DNA of 54,903 nucleotides. Origin: Pelomyxa schiedti (Eukaryota > Protista > Evosea). Shown here piece by piece: positions 49,377 to 54,903 of this stretch. The notes under the pieces were generated by a model. The model was not told the origin of the DNA. It worked only from the letters and a program-made list of their open reading frames with translations, and ran no database searches. How positions within the stretch are numbered: position 1 is the stretch's first letter; each line of letters begins with the position of its first letter. The DNA is taken from the NCBI GenBank assembly GCA_020536535.1, contig JAHLWZ010000238.1:1-54903 (forward strand), in the 5' to 3' direction. Position numbers and translations under genes: made by a program.

Positions 49377-52344
49377 TCAAAACAACCCCTTCTTATCTCC
49401 AGTTTTGTTGCACGCATCCGTCATTACAGCCAAGTCCCGGTCTTGGTCGTATGCCTTTTTCAAAGCCACCCATATTTGTTGCCATACATCAATTGGGATG
49501 TGCTGTAGGGCTCCTTGTGAGTTGCTGGCTGGGAATCTGCCCCAAAAGAATGCAAAGAACTTTATGAAGCGGGCCCTCTGTAAAGGAGGGGTTAGTTCAG
49601 GTGGTTATGTGAATATTATCATAATAATAAAGCAGGTACCTTGTAGGCAAGTGCAATGTCAAGTGATTTCAGTTGCGTTTTTGTCATCAGCACAACGGCT
49701 TTCATGGTGCTGGCCATTTGATTGTCATAGCCAGCAGCAATGATTGACAAGAGGAACATGAAGGCGTTATGGGGAAACTCGAGATTGCGGCTATGCAGAA
49801 CCCAGTCAATTGGGCTCATGTTGTCACTTGGGCGGCTCTCAAAGGGGTCCATACGGAACCGCACCAGCACATCTACAATCTCCACCGGGAGCCTGATGTT
49901 GCGCTCCGCGTAGTAAAAGAACAGGTTCTTGGAATCCGGTAGCCCAGGGGGAACAGGAGGCGGAGGGACTGGGGGAGGGAGGCCGACTTTTCCGGCCGCT
50001 TCCATAGTCTGTCGGTAATCATTGGCCTCAGTTGCAGTGAGAACGCGGGCCCCATAACGAAGGAGAGCGGAGCATAGACCGGGAATCTCGCTGTTTTTAC
50101 TGTTGACCAGGTACAGGAGAGGGCACTCCCGCATTTGTGGATCATTTGCTGGAGCCCCAAGCTCAAGAAGCATTCGAAGTAGAGAAGGGCTACCAATGTC
50201 AATTGCTTGAAGTGTAAGGGAAAGAGGAAGGCATTCTTGTGGAAGTCTGTTCAAGTTTAGATGATGCAACACAGACGATACAATTTCAGCAAGACGATCC
50301 TCTCTGTTGGTTTCTAGGTTTGTAATAGACAAAGACAGGATTCGAGGCAGTGGAAGGAGCGGAGCAATAATGGGAGTAAATTCAGGGTGTTGTACACATC
50401 CAGTCTTGTAGGCAGTCTCAATTTTTGAAGTCAAGGAACCGTATTTATCTGGCTGCTTCTTCGAGATTGCTAATAACTTGGACGCCAAAAGCTCAACTGC
50501 AGATGGGTGTCCCCGGGAAACAACCACCCCTAGGCAATCCCCCAGTGCTGTCAAGCTCGAGTTTGGAAGTGATCCATCAAAAAACTCCTTTTTGGTTGTT
50601 GTGTTCACTTGACCATTCTGCTCAGTTTGACTCCCATCTGAAAATAATGGAGGTGGAGGCGTTTCCTTTGGGGTTGTCTCCAGAACTGGGCTCCCAAATA
50701 CAGTGCAGCTGTTATTATCGGGAGCATCTCCCTCTTCATTGAGAAGCGGTAGACATGTATCAAGGAGTGTAGAAATATTGCTCCTGCATGCAATCCCACG
50801 TAAACAGGCACTCTGGCAACGGCTGTGCTTCATCATGGTGAGAATTAGATCCGGCCGAGCAGCGGTAATGGCCTGTATAACTTCGGGTGAAACGATCTTT
50901 GCGTTGGTCAAAACAAAGTCCAGTGCTTGAGGTGAGTCAGCACAGCCCAATACCAGCTTGTCCATGGTGCAACGTGCTGAAGAGGAAGAAATGAGCTTAA
51001 AGATGTCGTGCCTTTTTTTTAATGCAGCCTGAATCATTGCATCAGTTCCATCTACGTTGCTCCAAGTGCAGTCTTTCAGGAGTCTCATGGTGGTTAGTAT
51101 AAATCCATGCTTTGCAGCAACAGTAAGTCCTCGAGAAAGCTCCCATATAGGGGTTGGAACATGTATTATTAGTTCAGATCTCGGCTTCATGTCAGCCGCT
51201 GCCAGCTCACATACTTTATTTGCAAGCTCCTCCTTTGGGCACATACTCAAATTACTCTACAGTAATGTTGGTTAACACTAACGAAATTCATTATGATTGC
51301 ACACCTCAGTAACTTCAACTCTTCCCAACAAGTTTGTTATCATCTCGTACAGAAGGTCCCATGAAAACAGTTGGCATACCAACTCAGCTCTGCATCCAAG
51401 TGAGCGAATTTCAGCCATCAGTGGGGCCATGGGAATTTGTGTGCTGTGCATGAAGTTCGAGTCACAGAGCAGGCCAGACAATGGCGGGGTTGACGAAGCA
51501 CCAGGCAGCCCGGGTGGCACATTGCCCCTTCGGTTCATGTGATTCCATCTGTGCTCTTCAAATGAGGAATGCGAAAATTCCGGAGCTGCAGTGTATGTCT
51601 GGAGGCAGAAGTCCCCGTCAAACCAAGGGCGAAATGCGGGTGTAGATGTCGATGTGGGAGGAGTCGGCACTGTGGAAGTGGGAACTGGTGTTCCAAACAC
51701 TATGGGAGTACCACCAGAGAACAGGGGAAGTGTAGGCGGAGCCCGTTGCGGCGGGGGGAACCAGGTCGGGGGAGCTGGAGCAAAAGGCCAGGTACTGGCG
51801 CTGCTGGCTGAAGGCGCGAACAGATTTGGGGAAGCGGAAGCCTGCATAGAACTAGGTAATGTGGGTGCCGGAGCGAACGGAGGCGCGAAAGCGGTAGAAG
51901 AGGTGGAAGCCGGCACCCCGAAGCTGAGAACCGAATGCGGCGTCGAGGAAGCCGTGAACGGAGGAAGAGAAGGCGAAGAAGAAGAAGAAGACGACGACGA
52001 GGAGGGAATAAACTGGAACGTTTGCATAGGAGAAGGGGACGAAGCCGGCAATGCAGTGCTGCTGCTACCGCCGCCGCCAAAAATAGACTGAGCAGCACCA
52101 AACGGCGTCGTAGTAGCCGCTGCCGGCGCCTGCTGCGGTGCTTGGGCTTGTTGTTGTTGTTGTCACTGGTGACCCGTATTCCCACAAACTTTGTGTTGCG
52201 ATCGAGAATTTTTCCCTGTGTTACAGANNNNNNNNNNNNNNNNNNNNNNNNNNNNNNNNNNNNNNNNNNNNNNNNNNNNNNNNNNNNNNNNNNNNNNNNN
52301 NNNNNNNNNNNNNNNNNNNNNNNNNNNTGCTGCGGTGCTTGGGC

Positions 52345-52415
<71 letters not shown>

Positions 52416-53109
52416 GCTGCTGCTGCTGCTGCTGCTGTGACGGGAAAGTGGCGCCATAAGGAGGTCCAAACAGCGGGGGTTGGAGCACCGGCGCCGTCTG
52501 CGGGTGTGTGGCCAGGTACACGAGCTGCGGCGGCGGGGTGTACGCCGTGCCGGGGGTGGTGGTGGTGGTGGGGAAGGTGGGCCCGGGCGTGAGGACGGGG
52601 CTGGGCGTGGGGGTGGGAGGCGGCGGGGTGCTGGCGGCGGCGGCCGCGGTGGTGCCGGGGCCGAGGCCGAACACCACGGGGGCGGATTGCGTCGGGGAGG
52701 AGGAGGAGGAGGTGGTGGTGGCGGCGCTGGAGCCAAACACGGGGGGCTGCAGCAGGGCGGGCACGGAGAAGGGGGTGAGGTACGACGACGACGACGACGA
52801 CGAGGAGGTGAGGCCGGTGTAGGTTTGCGAGATTGGGGGCTGGGGCTGCTGCTGCGGCGGGAATGGTACGAAGTTAGCCGCCGGCGGCAGCGGCGTAGGG
52901 GCAAACAAGGGAGCGGGCACGGCACGGGGGGGAGCTGGGGCGCCAAACAGGGCGGGGGGCGGCGCGGCAGCGGCCCGGGGTGGGGCAGGAGGGGCGGCAG
53001 CGCCCAGGGACTGGTGCAAGGCCATTAGTTGGGACGAACTCATGTTGATGAGGCGGGATATGGCGTCATCACCCCGGTCGGTGTTGTGTGACCCACGGCG
53101 GTCTGCCAT
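49377..53109 (-). CDS. Pro/Gln/FG-rich N-terminus with GLEBS-like motif + degenerate ankyrin repeats + short F-box-like tail; interrupted by an assembly gap
   Basis: ATG 53109; reading frame rejoins across the gap via duplicated QAQAPQ; in-frame introns 51257-51304 and 49578-49639; ANK-like AAKHGF, VSRGHPSAVELL, AIDIGSPSLLRMLLELGA, LLRYGA. Confidence 0.7.
52158..52227 (-). repeat. 70-bp exact inverted copy of 53161-53230 at contig end
   Basis: Reverse complement identical. Confidence 0.95.
52228..52327. other. Scaffold gap (100 N)
   Basis: Run of N. Confidence 1.
52346..52437 (-). repeat. CAG/CAA trinucleotide repeat (poly-Gln)
   Basis: (ttg)n(ctg)n on the plus strand. Confidence 0.95.
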
Positions 53110-53363
53110 CAAAAACAAATTGATTTTGAATTTTTTGTTCCCGGCAGAAGGGAATCGTCTTCTGTAACACAGGGAAAAATTCTCGATCGCAACACAAAGT
53201 TTGTGGGAATACGGGTCACCAGTGACAACATCACACTCTTCGTAGTAACGACCGAATTGGCAAAAAACTGCAACGTACGTTTCCGAAGGAATGGCATAAC
53301 ACCGGGCGCGACGAAATGCCACGATGGAAAGAGATCTCCCTGTCATTTTTTGAAGCAAACACC

Positions 53364-54903
53364 ATGAGCAGTGGGTGGGTGGTGTTTACGTCGCCTCGAG
53401 ATCTCGGAAGGAAACTCTACATCCGTATGCCCCTCAGGTTCTCAGCCTCAGAAGTTGTAGCAGCATGCTCGCGTGTGGGCTTGCGCGTTTTTGCCACAGA
53501 ACCCCAGAGGTGTCCCGGCGTTGCGGCGTATTACATCACCATCGTATTTGGAACGGCCGAAGACGCACTCCACGCGCTCAATCAGGTTTGCTGGCTGTCG
53601 TTTGGTGACGGCGTGGCGGTGCGCCTGCGGCCGACGCCCGCGGCCTGCGCCCGTGGTCTGTCGCTGCAGCAGCAACAGCTGAACTCTCAGCGGCCCCCCT
53701 TGTCGGCCCTCGCCCCATCGTCGCCGTCCTCCTCCCCACGTCCCGGCCCCCGCTCCCACTGGCACCCACGAGGCGCCCCACCCCGTCAGGCTCCCCAGCA
53801 CAAGCACTCACAACCACCGCCGCCGCAGCGAGAGGGGGTTCCAGGAGCCCGACACGACTCACCGCCGCCGATGCCCCGCCCCAGGCACACCCCGCAGCAA
53901 CAGCCCCGCCCTCCGCACATCCCGCAGCCCGGTGGACACCACCACCGCCGCCCCCTGGCTCCACTTTCTCCCCGCAACACCGCTGAACGGCCTATTGGTC
54001 CTGTGAACGGGGACGCCGACCCGGACGCGGCTACTGGTTCTGCTGCCGCCCCCTCAGCACCCACAGACAACAACACTGCAGATAGTAATGGCGCTGCTAT
54101 ACAAACCGCCGACGTCGACATGCCCGGCGTCCCACCATCGCCTCCTCGCCAACATGACCAACAGCAGGAACAGGTACAACCGTATCCGCATCCTCAGCCC
54201 CAACAGCAACAACAGCACCAATTGCCACCTGATACCGCCAAAACAGAGGCAGAAATTGCACAACGTCTGTGCGCAATGGCGAAAAAAACCTACGAGAAGC
54301 ACCAAGATCCATATTACAACATATTTGGAGAATACCGTTCTTGTTTCACCCGAATATCTGGACTCTTGCGTCATTCTTCCGACGGGACTCACGGTGCGTG
54401 AGCAACTGTTGGCATTATGCTTTCTTGAGCGTTGTAGTGCACCATGGCTCGCCCCTCATATACCCTGGTTTATCCGTCGTCTGCACGAGCACCTAGTCAC
54501 CACCCAGCTCTTGGTTAAGATTATGCTGAGGCCCGAAAATTCTGCACTTACTACTAACCCCGAGGACTGCAACTGGATCTCCTTTTTAGTTTCACCACAG
54601 ACACTTGGGGTCATGGGCACACCCACGTTACAGGTTCAGCACCACGATGGAGCGTGGGCTGATCAGTGGACATACTTGTACGATAAAACGACACCAGAGG
54701 GTCAGTGGCAACTATGGGAAAATCATGCCTCTGCCTCAGAGAAGCTGATATGGCCAACAGAAGTCCATTCTAAGATGGGATCATCTTTCAGATGCCATGG
54801 CTGGTGCGTAAGTGATGCGTGGGTGGCTGGAATTGTATCCAAAGAGACGGATTACAACAAACCTCTCATGCTCCTGTTGAAGCCCATGGCTGGTTGTACT
54901 GTC
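53364..54903 (+). CDS. Hypothetical protein with RRM-like N-terminus and Pro/Gln-rich linker (3' partial)
   Basis: KLYIRMP...YITIVFGTAEDALHAL resembles RNP2/RNP1; intron at about 54398-54437 leads into a frame open to the window end (APWLAPHIPWF...). Confidence 0.55.

Noticed and set aside
51700-53358. 552-aa ORF read through the N gap
   Set aside because: The frame after the gap is produced by the inverted 70-bp insert and arbitrary gap length; the true frame continues into the 51278-52051 ORF.

Overview
Gene-dense eukaryotic DNA with many very short GT-AG introns, standard genetic code and two 100-N scaffold gaps. The lineage-specific ankyrin-like families and intron style suggest an amoebozoan/archamoeba such as Pelomyxa (inference). 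About 20 protein genes are present: ZIP zinc transporter, MBL-fold hydrolase, Spt6, PBDC1-MYND, threonine dehydrogenase, Trithorax-like SET protein, ankyrin-like proteins, WW protein, ASCH protein, pentameric ligand-gated channel, kinesin, TFIIH p34 and DENR. There are also tRNA-Gln(TTG), tRNA-Pro(CGG) and a U2 snRNA. The most notable signals are unusual domain fusions found by manual splicing: (1) a mu-adaptin with a complete VIT-vWA cassette between its longin and mu-homology domains; (2) a kinesin motor fused to a U-box and an F-box; (3) an ankyrin-SAM-caspase-like protease; (4) Spt6 with a GW/WG Argonaute-hook tail and zinc knuckles; (5) an FG-repeat/GLEBS-like region fused to ankyrin-like repeats; (6) a RAMA domain inside an H3K4 methyltransferase. 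The DENR/ZIP/MBL locus appears twice as diverged copies. Inverted, microhomology-joined fragments beside the gaps look like amplification or assembly chimeras. All exon structures and family calls come from reading motifs by eye, not from searches.
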